This document shows, in pieces, positions 37,891 through 50,837 of a stretch of 64,000 bases of DNA (the first letter of the stretch is position 1; each line of letters begins with the position of its first letter). Made by a program: the position numbers and the translations under genes. Source of the stretch: Ginglymostoma cirratum (Eukaryota); NCBI GenBank assembly GCA_024137785.1, contig JAHRHZ010000035.1:19108471-19172470 (forward strand). The letters run 5' to 3'. Below the pieces are notes generated by a model. The model made no database searches, was not told the DNA's origin, and saw nothing but the letters and a program-made list of their open reading frames with translations.

Positions 37891-40800
37891 ATGGATGGGG
37901 ATTTGTTCAGGATCTGGAACAGAGATTACTCTAGATATTGTACAAAAAGGTGAATTTAGCTGGGGCCTGACAGGTTTCCGTGGTGTTGACTTTGGAAGAA
38001 GTGGGTGGAGTTAAAAAAATGTATTCAAGGTGAGATCAAATTCAGCAAGATTGATACTGTGTGGTGTGAAAATATGAGCATGGATGGGACTTAGTGGGGT
38101 CATTGTTCTTGATTAAAAGGCAGCATTTGAAAGTGTTCTTATGAAGACAGAAGGAATGAATATTCCTGAGAATAAGAGGAAAATCTGATATTTGGTGGAT
38201 GAGAAGATTGGACATTATGGAAAACTAGACAAGAGGAGGATAAAAAACAAAATAAGGCACAGAAGTTCTCATAAAAATAACGAACAGGTTTTTCAGAATG
38301 TTAAATCATTCTGCATTTTTCCCACAGCCCCATACTGATGATAACCTATACCAGCTAATTAGTTCCAATCAATATAATGCAGAAGGCATTTATTGCCTTT
38401 TTCACTCCTCCTAGCAACCCTATAGCAGGCTGGTTGGTTTCAAAACAGAATCCCACCTACAGAACATTGTGGTCACATATAATGAATTTTATTCCAGCTC
38501 TATTCCATTTAGCATCTTTTTGAAAGACTATTTTAACTTTGACTACTTCCAGGTAATCTGGCACTTCTATAATTTGCTTACCAACAAATGAGTTCCAGGT
38601 GCCAGCTATTAGCCCTAGTGAAGAACTGCCAACCACTTTTATTAAAAAATAGGACAGGCATTTGCTACTAAAGGTAATTTGATTGATACTCTCACCTGGA
38701 ACTATTCTATCAATCCAGTCAGCAATTAGGACAAGATGCTGTCTCCTACCATTTTTCATAAAGGAAAGATTGATTCAGGATGAGATATGGTACTCACTGA
38801 GAACGAAAACAAATATTGTGTAAAAGTTATACAGCTACTAGTAGATAGGGGAGGGTTTACCTTTGTACACAAAAAACTGTTTGCCTCTGCAGGCCTTTAT
38901 TTGCCAGCAGGGAAATTCCAGAAGGATAAAAGGTGAAGCAGTAAATTACCATGTACATGCTTTATATTTAATTAACCATCTTCTAAGATCAAAATATTTG
39001 GTGTTTTTGGAAAATTGACCAAATTGGACACAATTGGGTCTGTAGAGCTGTCCAGTCTGGTATTTTGCCAGTTCAGGACCTGATTACACTGTTTGGATTT
39101 TCCTCTCTAAGACTATTTGTATTTGGTCATTCGTGTATTAACCATTTTCAAGCCAGGGATACAAAAGTTTGCCTGAGGTGTCTCTTTGACTGCTTACTCT
39201 AATTTGGCTTTTAGCACTATACATTAGCAACTCTGGAATGCCTATATATGTAATCCCATTGACTGTGTGGAAGCTTTCTTAGACCAATGGACCCTGTGCA
39301 CCTCATCACACGTTTAGTTTTATTTTACAACATCAAATTTTCACATCTGTCTTTTGTTGATATTCTCCATTAGACTAGTCCCAATTTTTTTTTTCTCCTG
39401 TGTTTCCCCTTTAAGGGAGAACACTTGTTATGGGTCAGAAGAACGAGTCAACAAACAGTCTTATTTCAGCAACCCATTCTAAATGGAACCAGTCTATTGG
39501 AATAAGAGGGGGAAAAATGCAAATAAATCAGAGGAAGTGTCAAATTACAACGCAGAAAGGTCACCCAAATGAAAAGTTTTTTTTTGACAAGTACTGAACG
39601 ATCATTTCAATTTCATTTAAAATTTAGCTTGTGGACATTAATAAAATTTTTAAAAAGTATGTATGATATCATTGTTAACTTTAGTATCTAGAATTCAGTG
39701 AAGCTGGCATTGGATGGAGAAAAATTACAACACTACCTGAATTGATTTCTGTCTGATAAGGAACACAGAATTAAGTACCTAGCCATGGATCTCATTTCCC
39801 AATAAGCTATTGGTTTTGTACAATCAAAACTGGTGCTGGGTTTTCCTTTTTAAGGAGCAGTCATTACTGCAAAACAACATGTCGGCAGCACTGTTATAGG
39901 ATTAGTGTAACAGGCAATTATATTTTTGTGTTTTCTGTTTAACATGATTTGTCAATGAGGGAATTCCTGAGTGACAATAATTGTGACTCTGAAACGGACT
40001 AAGTACAAAACGTAAATCTTAAAAATGAAACTGTTCTGGTTATAATATGGCTGCTTCATATGAGGCTAATAAAATTTACAAAATGCCTGCTTGAAGAGTG
40101 GAAAATGATTTGAAGTAGTGTACAGCATCATTCAGTTGTGAGCCAAGCTTAAACGAATATGCCCTGAGCCACCTGATCCATCACAAGGTCAGCCTTCCAT
40201 AACCTGCCAAATTAAAAAAAATAAGCATCTTGGTTAAAATAATTCACTGATTTTGAAATTGTTTACAAATCCAAATTTATAAACGTTATGATACCAAATT
40301 CAATGTTGTGTCGTTTTAAGTATTATTCAATTGCCTCCCTTTTTTTGGGTTTCAACGTTTTTTAAATGTTGCATTTGAATTATGATTCCTTCATAAGATA
40401 TGTGTTTTCGCTTCTACATTGCTCTTTCAGTGATACCAATTGGGTGCATGGAAATATTTAGGTAATAACACTTGGGAAGGATGTAGTGATATGATGAGGT
40501 TGTATTAATGGTGGAATTCACAGACACCTCCATGATGCTAACAAATACACTGAGTGACCTAAGTTACCACACTGATGATGCAGTAAATAATGCCACAACA
40601 TATGATGTCACAATTTGGAGTTGTCAGACATCAAATCAATTTCAATTTCATTTTATTCTAGATTATCGCAGTATGCTGGCTTCTTCGGTCATTTTTCACT
40701 ACAATGTTTTTTTTTGTCCACCTGAACAAAAGAACACAGTCCTTCAATCAATCATAAAATGAAGTGCATTGTATTGTTAGTGAGTGGTTTACTGTCTACT

Positions 40801-41069
40801 TAATGATTTTAATCAGGAAATCACAAAAGTGTCAAGAACAGCCCCAGAAAAAAATCAGCAGCGGCATTCACCTCATACCTGATAATGCTTAAGGTGTGAA
40901 GCAGAAGTCTATATTCATGCTGGTAAAAATTCTTTGACACCTTTGTTATGAGATTGGTTGCTGTAGGGTACGAAAGGCAATTCAAATCCTGTATTCCAAA
41001 AGAACACTTCATTTGTCTTAACCTCGGAACAAGGAACTCAATTTGCCCAACAGCAATTGTATGTATCAT

Positions 41070-41580
41070 GATTCCACAAAGCCTGTCCACCATCTACAGG
41101 GCACAAGTCAGGAGTGTGATGGATTACCTCCCACTTGCCTGGGTGAGGACAGTTCCAACCACAGTCATAAAGCTTGACACCATTCAGAACAAAGCAACCT
41201 GCTTGATTGGCACCACATCCACAAGCATCCATTCCCTCCAGCATCGACACTCTGTGGCAACAGTGTGTACTATCTACAAGGTGCACTGCAGAACTTCACT
41301 AAAGATACTTAACTAATGACCATTTACATCTAGAAGGAAAAGGGAAGCAGATGAATTGCAAAACCACTATCTGCAAGTTCCCTTTCAAACTACTCACCAT
41401 TTCTTCACTAGTTCAAAAATCTGGAATTCCCTCCCTAAAGCTATTGTGAGTCTACCTCAGGCATATGGACTACAACGGTTCAAGAAGGCAGCTCACCACC
41501 ACTTTCTCAAGGGCAACTAGGGACAGGCAATAAATGCTGGCCTGCCACTGATGCCCACATCCAACGAGTGAATATAAAAA
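41070..41580 (+). mobile_element. 3' end of L2/CR1-group LINE
   Basis: PQSLSTIYRAQVRSVMDYLPLAW..KLDTIQNKATCLIG..; tail GGGCAACTAGGGACAGGCAATAAATGCTGGCC. Confidence 0.88.
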
Positions 41581-41764
41581 TGTATATCAATTTTATAATA
41601 AAGATGTACAAAAGGAGGTAAGTGTTGATGATTACAATCTCAGCCAAACTTCAAATATAAAAAAATTACCAATTTCAGTTACTGACAAGTACCAAAGGGG
41701 TGGTAAACTCAAAGGTTTACCACATCATACATTGTGTTCTTTAATCAACTCTGTATAATATTTC

Positions 41765-42070
41765 TCTTTTTTTTCAAGGGATGCAAGTTTTGCTGGTAAG
41801 ACCCGCATTTATTATTTATCCTAATTTTGGCTGATCTGAGTAGCTTGCTGAGCCATTGCAAAAGGTGGTAAACAGCCTGTTGTTGTGCGTCTGGAGTCAT
41901 TTAGGTCATTTGTTTAAGAATGGCACATTTCCACCCCCAAAGGGAATTACTGGAATTGGTTGTCATGGTCACCCTACTGAGCCTAGCTTCATATAGCTGA
42001 TTTATTGATTGAATTCAAATGCCAAAAGTCACTGTGAAATTTGAGCGTGTGTCCCAGAGCAATAGCTTAA
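41765..42070 (-). mobile_element. Degraded tRNA-headed SINE
   Basis: Antisense tail GGGATGCAAGTTTTGCTGG..GCATTTATT..CCTAATT and body TGTGCGTCTGGAGTCA. Confidence 0.6.
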
Positions 42071-42071
42071 G

Positions 42072-42465
42072 CATAAGAGCCAGGAGCAGGATTTGGCAAT
42101 TCAGCCCTTCAAGCCTGCTCTGTCATCTAATATGATCATGAAGCTTAACACCGTCTAGGACAAAGCAAACTGCTTGATAGGCACCACATCCACAAGCATC
42201 CTTTCCCTCCACCACCAAATGATCTCATCTCTGCCTCAATCCCACTCGCCTGCCTGCTGTCAATAACACTTTATCCTGTTATTAATTAGCAATCTGTCTC
42301 CCTCATCCTTAAGTTTATGCAGCTTCTCTGTGACCATCGCAGTCTGGTGTAGTGAATTACATAGTTTCATCACCCTTTAAGAGAAATAATTCCTGCACAT
42401 CTCTGTTTTAAATCTGCCACCCCTTAGCCTCTCATTCCAGATTTCCTCACAAGTGGAAACATCAC
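42072..42465 (-). mobile_element. CR1 3' end (antisense) containing a short sense LINE fragment (42141-42219)
   Basis: GGAGCAGGATTTGGCAATTCAGCCCTTCAAGCCTGCTC is the antisense CR1 tail; the insert AAGCTTAACACCGTCTAGGACAAAGC..ACCACATCCACAAGCATCC matches 41170-41240. Confidence 0.7.
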
Positions 42466-45439
42466 CATTGAGCTTCTGCCTTCTGCATTATCAGGGCAGC
42501 GAGATTCCCATTAGACCCCTGACTCTCCAGTTAGTGTGGAGAAAAGTGAACCGTTAGGCATTTTTAAATTAACAACAGAAGATTAATGGAAGTACATGGC
42601 AGGTCGATCAACTTTTTAGGGAAATTAGTATGTGCCTCCTTTCTGACTTTCTGAATTATGATTTTGTTTTAAGGAGAACTATGAATAATCTGCATGAGCA
42701 TTCAAGTCACTGCTAAATTTGTGAAGCTTTTCATTTAACTAGCACTGGTGGCCATCCAAAATCAATGCAGACCACACTTCAGGATTGAAATAAATCTCCT
42801 GGACTCAGTTCTGCTCCGATTCACAAATTGAATTAGTCACAACGTCCCACAGGTATTTCCAGGCATTGAAGGTTTAACCAGCAATCCTTACAGGAACCAG
42901 TGCAGACTTCTCTCTGAAGGATTCTAAACTTTCAGTGTTGTTCTACGGAGTCACCAGGAGCGGTAATATTTGTCTGTGCTGTAAGACAACCGCATATCAC
43001 TGCAGAGCCACCCAAAATCATCTAAATCCTGCGATCAATAGGCTTGTTGGGTATTCAATTTTAGGTATGAACAAATTTAGTTCCATGTCTCTAAAGGCTA
43101 CCAGCAATCAATCAGTCACTCACGTGTCTCTCTTTCAATGTAAATGGCATCAGGCTTTTGGTGATCTTCTGGATCCAGTAACAGCTCAGGATAGACTTTA
43201 TTGAGAGGAAGAGAAAGCATATGATTAGTAATTGTGATCACTTGAAATAGCTGAAACTTTTGGTATAAACCAACAAATGAAAAGTGTGGATAAAAGGTTA
43301 ACCCGAGAAATATAAAGAGTTGCTGATCAATGCCGAAATGTGAGAGTTTTCAATAAATCAGACAATTCATATGTGAAAAATCAGAAAATGTAAGTCTTTG
43401 ATTCTTTTCAGATTATTTCTTTCCTGCAGAAAATAAGTGATGGGAAAGAAAACTTCACCCTAAATGTCTTGTGTCCTTGCCATAATTTATAAGGCAAGAA
43501 TCAGATGGGGAGTGTAGATGCGCAAACTTATCGAAGAAATATTCTTCACAGAAATAGTCCAATGATTGCAAATGCAATTGTAATAAGATCGCAGCAAGTG
43601 AGTTAGATTAGGAGCATTCCATTTTTAAAAATAAGTGGGATGGAGAAAACAAGGAAAAGTTTGTGAGGGGGAAAGAATAAAGGCAAAAAAAGAGTGACAG
43701 AAGGGGGGAAACAGAGGAATTACAGTGGGAAAGAAACAGATGCAGAAACAGAAAAAAGTTTCTTTACTTTTGTCAATGAATGACAGTGTGGAAGACAAAC
43801 TCATGTTTATAAAGTATATAGTAAAAATTGTGGTGATAGTTTTACTTTACTCCGGTTTGATTTTGCTGTTAGACTGTTGCTGATGGACACAGTTGACCAC
43901 TTCCTTCCATATGGTTAATAATATGCATTTGCGATGACATTCATCCTGAAGGAATGATTGTTATTTAATAAACTTTCAGTGATTTCTTCATCATCAGCAG
44001 TTACCAGAAGATAGTGAAGTCAGTACTACAACCGAAATGACTTATATATGTTATAAGCTAAAATCGCTTTCTTTAAGAACACCTATGGCCATGACATATT
44101 TTAACAAAATAAAAATCTTTGAACACTGTAGCTTGATCTGCAGATCATTTACATAGATGAGACTTCTAGCTTAAAGTTTGAAACTCTTTCTCTGTTGTAA
44201 CCCGCTGCAGAAGTTTTAATATTTTCTTGTATGGAAATATCAGGCACTTTATCAAGTGAGTCCTGCCTGGTGGAATGAAGCACAACTGACAAACATATAT
44301 TGGTATATTTTATTTTAACCAAAGCATTGTGTTCTCGAAGGAAAAGTTCAAAAGGTTTTAGTACAGAGCTATTGGTAGATTTGTGCAAACCTATATAGTT
44401 GTATCAGCTCCCAGAATGTGACAAGAAACTATTGCATTTCATTTTGCAATGGAACTAGGAAGCTAATTATATACCTGGTCACATTTCCACAGATGCTTAT
44501 TATTTAATTGCCAAAATCAAAAAGTTTTCATATATGATGCATTTAATAGAATAGCTTTTTTTTAATTGATAAGATCTTGGCTATGACCTTAATGCAAAGA
44601 CTATATAAAAATTCAAATAAATATTTAGCATTTACAAAACATATGAAACAAATATAAAATAACTACAAACAATGATAAACATTTATGGACTTTATACAGC
44701 GATGGGATTTTAGTTTACTATAAAACATGTTTCTTAATAGTGCTAAAGTGTTCTGCGTACTTTAAATAAACAACAGTGATTTTAGCATACAGGGACATGA
44801 AAGAATGCAGAGTTGTGGTACTTGGAGCACACATGTCAGCAATTTTACTGCCTTGTGTATTTTGGCTTTTATAAAAGCATTTCAAAGTAAACGAATGAAG
44901 GAAAATCTTATCCTCCTGGCAGCTGTGTTTCCAAGCAAATTGCTTTCAGCTGATCCACAGCATTTTCAAACTTGGTTGAAAAATGTCAACAGATGCATTT
45001 GAGTACTCTGCAAAAGCAGAACAAACCCTGGAGGTTTGGATGAAAAGTTGCTCCTTTTATTACCTCTTCCAGCTTTTTGGTTTGGTTGCAATAAATTTTA
45101 GTTTGATTTGATCTCGAAAACGTGTGAGCACAGGTTGGTGAAACCCACTGAATTATAGCTCTAGGGGAAATGGCTGTAAGTTACCTCCACTCTTTGTTGA
45201 ATTCCATGTTTGAATTGTAACGTGCTTCTGTTACAGTGAAATCTTTACATAATCACCTCACTTGTAATAAAACTCCTTTAATTCCAGGGAGGTGACTTTA
45301 ATTGTTAAAGGAAGTAAGCCAATTGAGCAAAACAACATCCGGGGTTTATACCAGCAGTAAATGTGAGCCACATGAGTACTTAATGTGCCATGTGACAACC
45401 TGCCAGGTAGCGGTGTGCCATGTGACTACCCATCATACA

Positions 45440-45545
45440 AAATAAACACAGAAAATGCTGAAGAAACTCAGCTGGTCTGACAGCAGCTGTGGAGAGAGAA
45501 ATAGAGTTAATGTTTCAAGTCTAGTGTGACTTCTTCAAAACTGAT
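45440..45545 (-). mobile_element. Single arm of Penelope-related hairpin element (family 2), degraded
   Basis: ACAGAAAATGCTGAAGAAACTCAGC..GAGTTAATGTTTCAAGTC..GACTTCTTCAAAACTG parallels 47470-47565. Confidence 0.65.
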
Positions 45546-46723
45546 TATATTCACTGACCACATACTTCTGAGCCCACCAAATGGGCCATGTTACAACTCG
45601 CTGTCCTTTTATGTGCATAGACGACATCATTTGCCTGACCTGTATATTTGCATTAATTTTAAAATTGCAGAACGATTTTGTGATAATGTTACATGCCCTG
45701 ACATAAACAGAATTGAGAACAGAAGATGTGAGATCCCAAGAAATGTATCACATTGATTCAAGATCTTGAGGTGTAATTGTTAACAAGTTATTTTTCTTAA
45801 TCATCATGAATATTATTTTTCTGGGATGATCCCCCATTTATCTCCTATGTACGTTGAAAAAAATTCATGTTTCATAAAGTTGAGAAAATCAGCGTGGTGC
45901 TCCAACATTGAAACTACCAGTGAAGTCTTGAATGTACTGAAAAACAGTCAAAGTAAATAAATATTTACCCTGATTGGAATCCCACGTCATGCAAATCAAG
46001 TCCTTTACAATTCTGTATTTATTAGTGCACATTTGATTTAAATTAGCCATACTAATTCTTGCAATCCTTTGTAAACCCACCAGCAGCAGCTCACCTCCCA
46101 TTGTGTGCTTCATTTGTGTAAAATATTATAAAAGAATTGTGCAATTTATAGCATTTAAACATGGAAATGAAAGTGGATCAGAAATCATTAGCAATTTTTC
46201 TTAAATGAGGGTCACCTATTTTTTCAATAAATACGTTTATGACCATTTGGATTGAATGGTTTTTATACAGATGTTAACTTACATGAATAAAAAGAGTCAG
46301 AATACAGCCTTTATGTTATTCGTTTTCATTTCACTTTAATGATGACATTCCAGGTAAACACTGGCATCATTGCATGCCTTGGAATTTGGTGTGAATTAGC
46401 CACTGAGGAGCATGATTCTGACAGTTCCTATTATTAGTTTTGACAGAATAATTTCTATAAAATTTTAACTAGGCTCTATTTTTCAATTTAACATTCATTT
46501 CTGTCCAGTTGGCTGCACTACTTGGTATTACTACAATCATCCAGTCATATTTTATGTATCATAAGTGAAATATATTAAAATAAATATATATATTTTTAGG
46601 GGGTAGAGTAGTCATTGTATTACTGGAATAGTAATCAGAAGACATGAGTTCAAATCCCACCATTACAACTGCATGGAGAATTTAAATTTGGTTAACTAAA
46701 CAAACTTTTGACTGAAATAAATT

Positions 46724-47400
46724 TAGGCTGTCTTTTGCCATTTTTTTAGGTGCTTTATTTTTGGGGAGTTTCCTAGTGGGTGCGCCATTATGGCTCAAAG
46801 TAACTTTTCTCTCACTATCCTCCACTCCTCACCTCATTAATTACAATAGCGGCCTCCTTGCCATCCCCTTCTTGTGCAAACATGCCACTGGAGAAAGGAA
46901 ATACCCACTGCTGCTGGCACCTTCTGGCATTTGAGCTGCTGATGCCATGTTTAAAGCTCAGCTGCACATCCCACTGCAGACATTATAAGTCAGGAGCTAC
47001 CTCTAGCACTGTCCTGTTAAGAAACAAAACATCTCAGGAGGAGAAGCCAGCACCTTTCTTTCAGATAGGAACCTGGACGTCCTGGTGGATGAAGTGGTCA
47101 AGAAGAAGGGCATTCTGCATTCGATGGACCACCAGAGAAGGTCAAAGCACCAAACACAACAGCCCTGGATACAGATGGCAGGCAGGTCAGTCCAGGGTAA
47201 GGCAGAATGGACAGCAGTTTGAAAAAAAGCCAATGATCATCTGCACTCCTCAGGGATAAATGCCACTAACTTCTCTCTACTACTAACTCACGCACTCTAA
47301 CTCTACCGCTGCATACGAACCTCACCAATGCTCATAGACTACAAACATCTTGGGTTACCAACCTTGCTGTGAAACCAAAAACAGCCAAAGTAGAACAAGC
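46724..47400 (+). mobile_element. Harbinger fragment with Myb/SANT exon 1
   Basis: SDRNLDVLVDEVVKKKGILHSMDHQRRSKHQTQQPWIQMAGR..RQNGQQFEKK/ANDHLHS; upstream CCTCATTAA motif shared with ~5190. Confidence 0.75.
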
Positions 47401-47432
47401 TAGGTACCTCTCCCCAGAAATTGTTCTTTAAA

Positions 47433-47656
47433 GCCTGAAAGAACTGCGGATGCTGTAAATCAGGAATAAAAACAGAAGTTGCTGGAAAAGCTCAGCAGGT
47501 CTGGCAGCATCTGTGAAGAAAAGTCAGAGTTAATGCTTCGGATCTGGTGACCCGTGCTCAGAGCAGCTCTTCTGAGGAAGGGTCACCAGACCTAAAATGT
47601 TCATGATGCTGCCAGACCTGCTGAGTTTTTCCAGCAACTTCTGTTTTTGTTTGTGG
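47433..47656. mobile_element. Penelope-related hairpin retroposon (family 2)
   Basis: Arms AAAAACAGAAGTTGCTGGAAAAGCTCAGCAGGTCTGGCAGCATC and its rc; core CTGAGGA-A-GGGTCACCAGACCT-AAAATGTT; TSD ATTGTTCTTTAAA / ATTTTTCTTTAAA (47420-47432 / 47657-47669). Confidence 0.8.
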
Positions 47657-48813
47657 ATTTTTCTTTAAAATCTGATTGGTGGAGCTTATCTCATGATGTC
47701 AATTAACCCTTTCAGGCACTAACTGTCTTATAAAGCAGCGATCATAAAACCATTGGATTGTCATAAATAATAAACTAGTTCACTATGATCTTTAGGGAAG
47801 GAAATCTGACACCTTTAACCATCTGGACTACATGCCACTCCAGATCACTACAATATTCTGTGACTCTCAACTATCCCCTGAAGCAAGCAACTCAGTTGTA
47901 GTCAAGAAAATGGATCATCACAATCTTTGTAAGGGTAACTAGGGATGGATAATAAATGCTGACACTGATAGCGACCTTGTGAAAGAATTGAAAGTAAATC
48001 ATATTTTGAACCTTACTGATTCAGCGATTCAATACTATTGGAGAATGATACTGCAATAACATTAAAACACAAGCAAAAAAAAATTGTGTTAATCACTTCC
48101 CATCTCCATTTATATCACATAAGCAGCATTAGCCTGCCCTGGAAAACTGAAAAATAAATATGAACAATATTGGAGCCAAAAATGAAAGCTCCCAAAGCCA
48201 ATATGCCATAACAAAGTTTGAAGTACAATTTCATTCTTCTGCCAACTATTTACTTAACTCAAACTGCGTAAAAATATAACATCTGAGCCTGTGTGAATTT
48301 AGAATACTCTTTAAGCTGCATGAGCCTGGTGCGTAAAGTTGGGTCTGAGATTACCTCTAGATTTATGTTTGAAATCACGGACTTGAGCTGAACTATAATG
48401 CCCAAACCCCCAAGTTATGGTGTGAAAAAAGTCATGAGAACTGCTGAACCATTTACGAGGAGTAATATGGTTGGAGTTTAATAGAGGAACTGAGGCTGCA
48501 CAGTAGAAATAGAAAGTTGCAATGTACTTGTTTTAAATAATAAAGTCCTGGATGTATAATATTTAAGAATTTACTTTAAATTGAAAAATGGAAATCTTCA
48601 TGTAATCACACTGAATCTGAAAGGGCCAAGAACTGTCACTCAGTCATTGCTCCTTCAGGATATATCGTGAACTCATGGGAACTGGAGGAAGGGCAAAAAT
48701 AAAAGTAACATAGATGTCAAACCAATGCACCAAATATATTAGTACGCCAATAAAAAGGAAACTCTTCCCAAAAAGACTGGCAACAGGTTAAATAGAAGTT
48801 GTTAAAAGTTTTT

Positions 48814-49004
48814 GAGACAGTAGGAACTGCAGATGCTGGAGAATCTGAGATTACAAGGTGTAGAGCTGGATGAACACAGCAGGCTAAGCAGCATCAGAGG
48901 AGCAGGAAGGTTGATGAAGGGTCTAGACCAGAAACGTCAGCTTTCCTGCTCCTCTGATGCTGCTTGGCCTGCTGTGTTCATCCATCTCTACACCTTGTTA
49001 TCTC
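48814..49004. mobile_element. Penelope-related hairpin retroposon (family 1)
   Basis: Inverted arms; core TTGATGA-A-GGGTCTAGACCA-GAAACGTC; perfect TSD TGTTAAAAGTTTTT (48800-48813 / 49005-49018). Confidence 0.85.
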
Positions 49005-49519
49005 TGTTAAAAGTTTTTCTTTCCTTTAGAGTTCGTGATAAGCACTTTAAAACTGAGCAGGCAGCTCAGTTTGTGCAAAAAGAAATTGTCTGGAACTGAA
49101 ATGCAACAGCAACTATGCAGAAGATTTAGGCAAATATCAACAGTCTGCAATATTTACTGTTGTATTTTTAAATGCGAAGTTTTCAATGTTTCCAGCAGGT
49201 GTTCAGTAAGGTTGCTTCATTTACAATATTCGTTTTCCTTTTTTTTTAAGTAATAGTCTCAAACTCCCTTCATTGCTTGTTTATCGCATATAAATAACAA
49301 TATCCGTTTTTATTCATCAGTGTTCGGCAAATGCTTCCCACAGCATAAATTGGAAAAGTGTTACAGATTTTTCATTCTTGTCCTTCACGTATCTGTAATC
49401 TTGCAGGTAATTATTCAAAGAAGCAAGCTTAAGGTGCTAATTTGAAATGACTATCCAGATATTATTAGGTATGTATTTCTAACTAAACAAAATAGTATTC
49501 CTTTAAGAGCACCATACGA

Positions 49520-49770
49520 ATTTGCAACCTCTACCACCTAGAAGGACAAAGGTCCACACCAGGGACCAGCCTGACTTGGAACTCTATTGCTATTCCTTCA
49601 TGTCACAAGGTCAAAGTCCTGGGACTTCCTTCATAACACTACTATGAATGGGCCTACATTCTAAGGACTGCAGTGATCCAGTAAGGTAGCTCAACAGCAT
49701 ATTCTCCAAGGTAATTTTAAATGGGCAATAAATGCTGGCCTAGCCAGTGATGCCCACATCCCATGAACTT
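49520..49770 (+). mobile_element. 3' end of L2/CR1-group LINE
   Basis: CTAGAAGGACAA..CTGACTTGGAA..GGGCAATAAATGCTGGCCTAGCCAGTGATGCCCACATCCCATGAA. Confidence 0.8.
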
Positions 49771-50744
49771 CACACGGAACAGCACTTAAGCTAGACCAGA
49801 CTTTTCCCTTAGAGGCAGGTTCAATACCAAGTAGTAAACCTAGAAACAAGTTTTCCAGGTGTTTGGGCCTTAGTAATCTAGAGACCTGTATGGTGCCAAG
49901 TGAGTGGCCGAGGCTGTGGGGATGGAAGCGGGACATCAGGGAAGCAGGCCACATTCTGGCTCAAAGCAGGAACAGTTGCTGTGGCTGAAAACATTAATGC
50001 ACGAATGGCAAAGTTCAAATTTCCCACATTGCAGAAGGCCTGGGATCTGGAACAGGGTAGACTGATGATCTGTTTTATATATTCAATGAGTGCTTGTTCT
50101 ATAATGGGGGCCATACTTCTCTGTCAGGCTCATTACATCTCTGAACTGCATCTTCTCATAGAAATGTCCAGTTGACCATGTCTCCAAGTCCAGTATGTAG
50201 ACTGCTTTGCTGAAAGTTGGAAAACTGGCCATGGATGAACTCTTAAAGGGCCCTTTGCCTCATTTGTAAAAGTGGGTAGCTTTGCAAGAACAAGACTGTC
50301 AGACAAAGTAAACAGAGGCCTTTTTCCTGCCTTGTCTCTGTTCTATCCTGATTTGGGACAGGAAAAGCTGAATCACCAGAGTCTACCACGTGCTGTCCAT
50401 ATTTATTTGAATTTTGGGGATGTTACATCTGAAATCACCCTTTCATAGTCAACTCTTTATCTGTTCATCAGTCTCATGCGCTGCTTGACCCCAGGTCCTT
50501 TATTATTCTATGGTGGCAAAAATGACCAGATGCTCAATGTCGTCAACGATATTTTCAAAAGTCACCAAGAAAATTGAGAGGATTGAAAACCTAGATAGGG
50601 CATTAAAGCAGATTATAAATGTTAGCTGTCCTGATTTTATCCTTCAGTTCAGAATTTACTTCAGATTGCTCTCTGCCAAAAGGAAGTGGCATCATATGTT
50701 ACAGATTGACCTTCTGGCTGGAATCTGAGATGATGCAATTGATG

Positions 50745-50837
50745 ACAACAAGGTGCAGAGCTGGATGAACACAGCAGGCCAAGCAGCATCAGAGGAGCAG
50801 GAAAGCTGATGTTTCCGGTCTAGACCCTTCTTCAGAA
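50745..50837 (-). mobile_element. Single-arm family-1 element with hammerhead-like core
   Basis: rc CTGAAGA-A-GGGTCTAGACCG-GAAACATC; TSD ATGCAATTGATG / ATGCATTTGATG (50733-50744 / 50838-50849). Confidence 0.8.

Larger units (their letters stand above)
46598..47990 (+). mobile_element. tRNA-headed SINE split into head (46598-46722) and body/tail (47715-47990) by nested insertions
   Basis: Head AGTAATCAGAAGACATGAGTTCAAATCCCACC; resumes AAACCATTGGATTGTC..TTTAGGGAAGGAAATCTG..AAGGGTAACTAGGGATGGATAATAAATGCTG. Confidence 0.65.

Noticed and set aside
48814-49004. miRNA precursor or Tc1/hAT MITE interpretation of the hairpins
   Set aside because: Multi-copy, asymmetric arms and long variable TSDs fit target-primed retrotransposition, not cut-and-paste or a single-copy miRNA.
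49780-50400. GC-richer block, possible old DNA transposon
   Set aside because: No matching TIR pair or coding motif could be established by eye.
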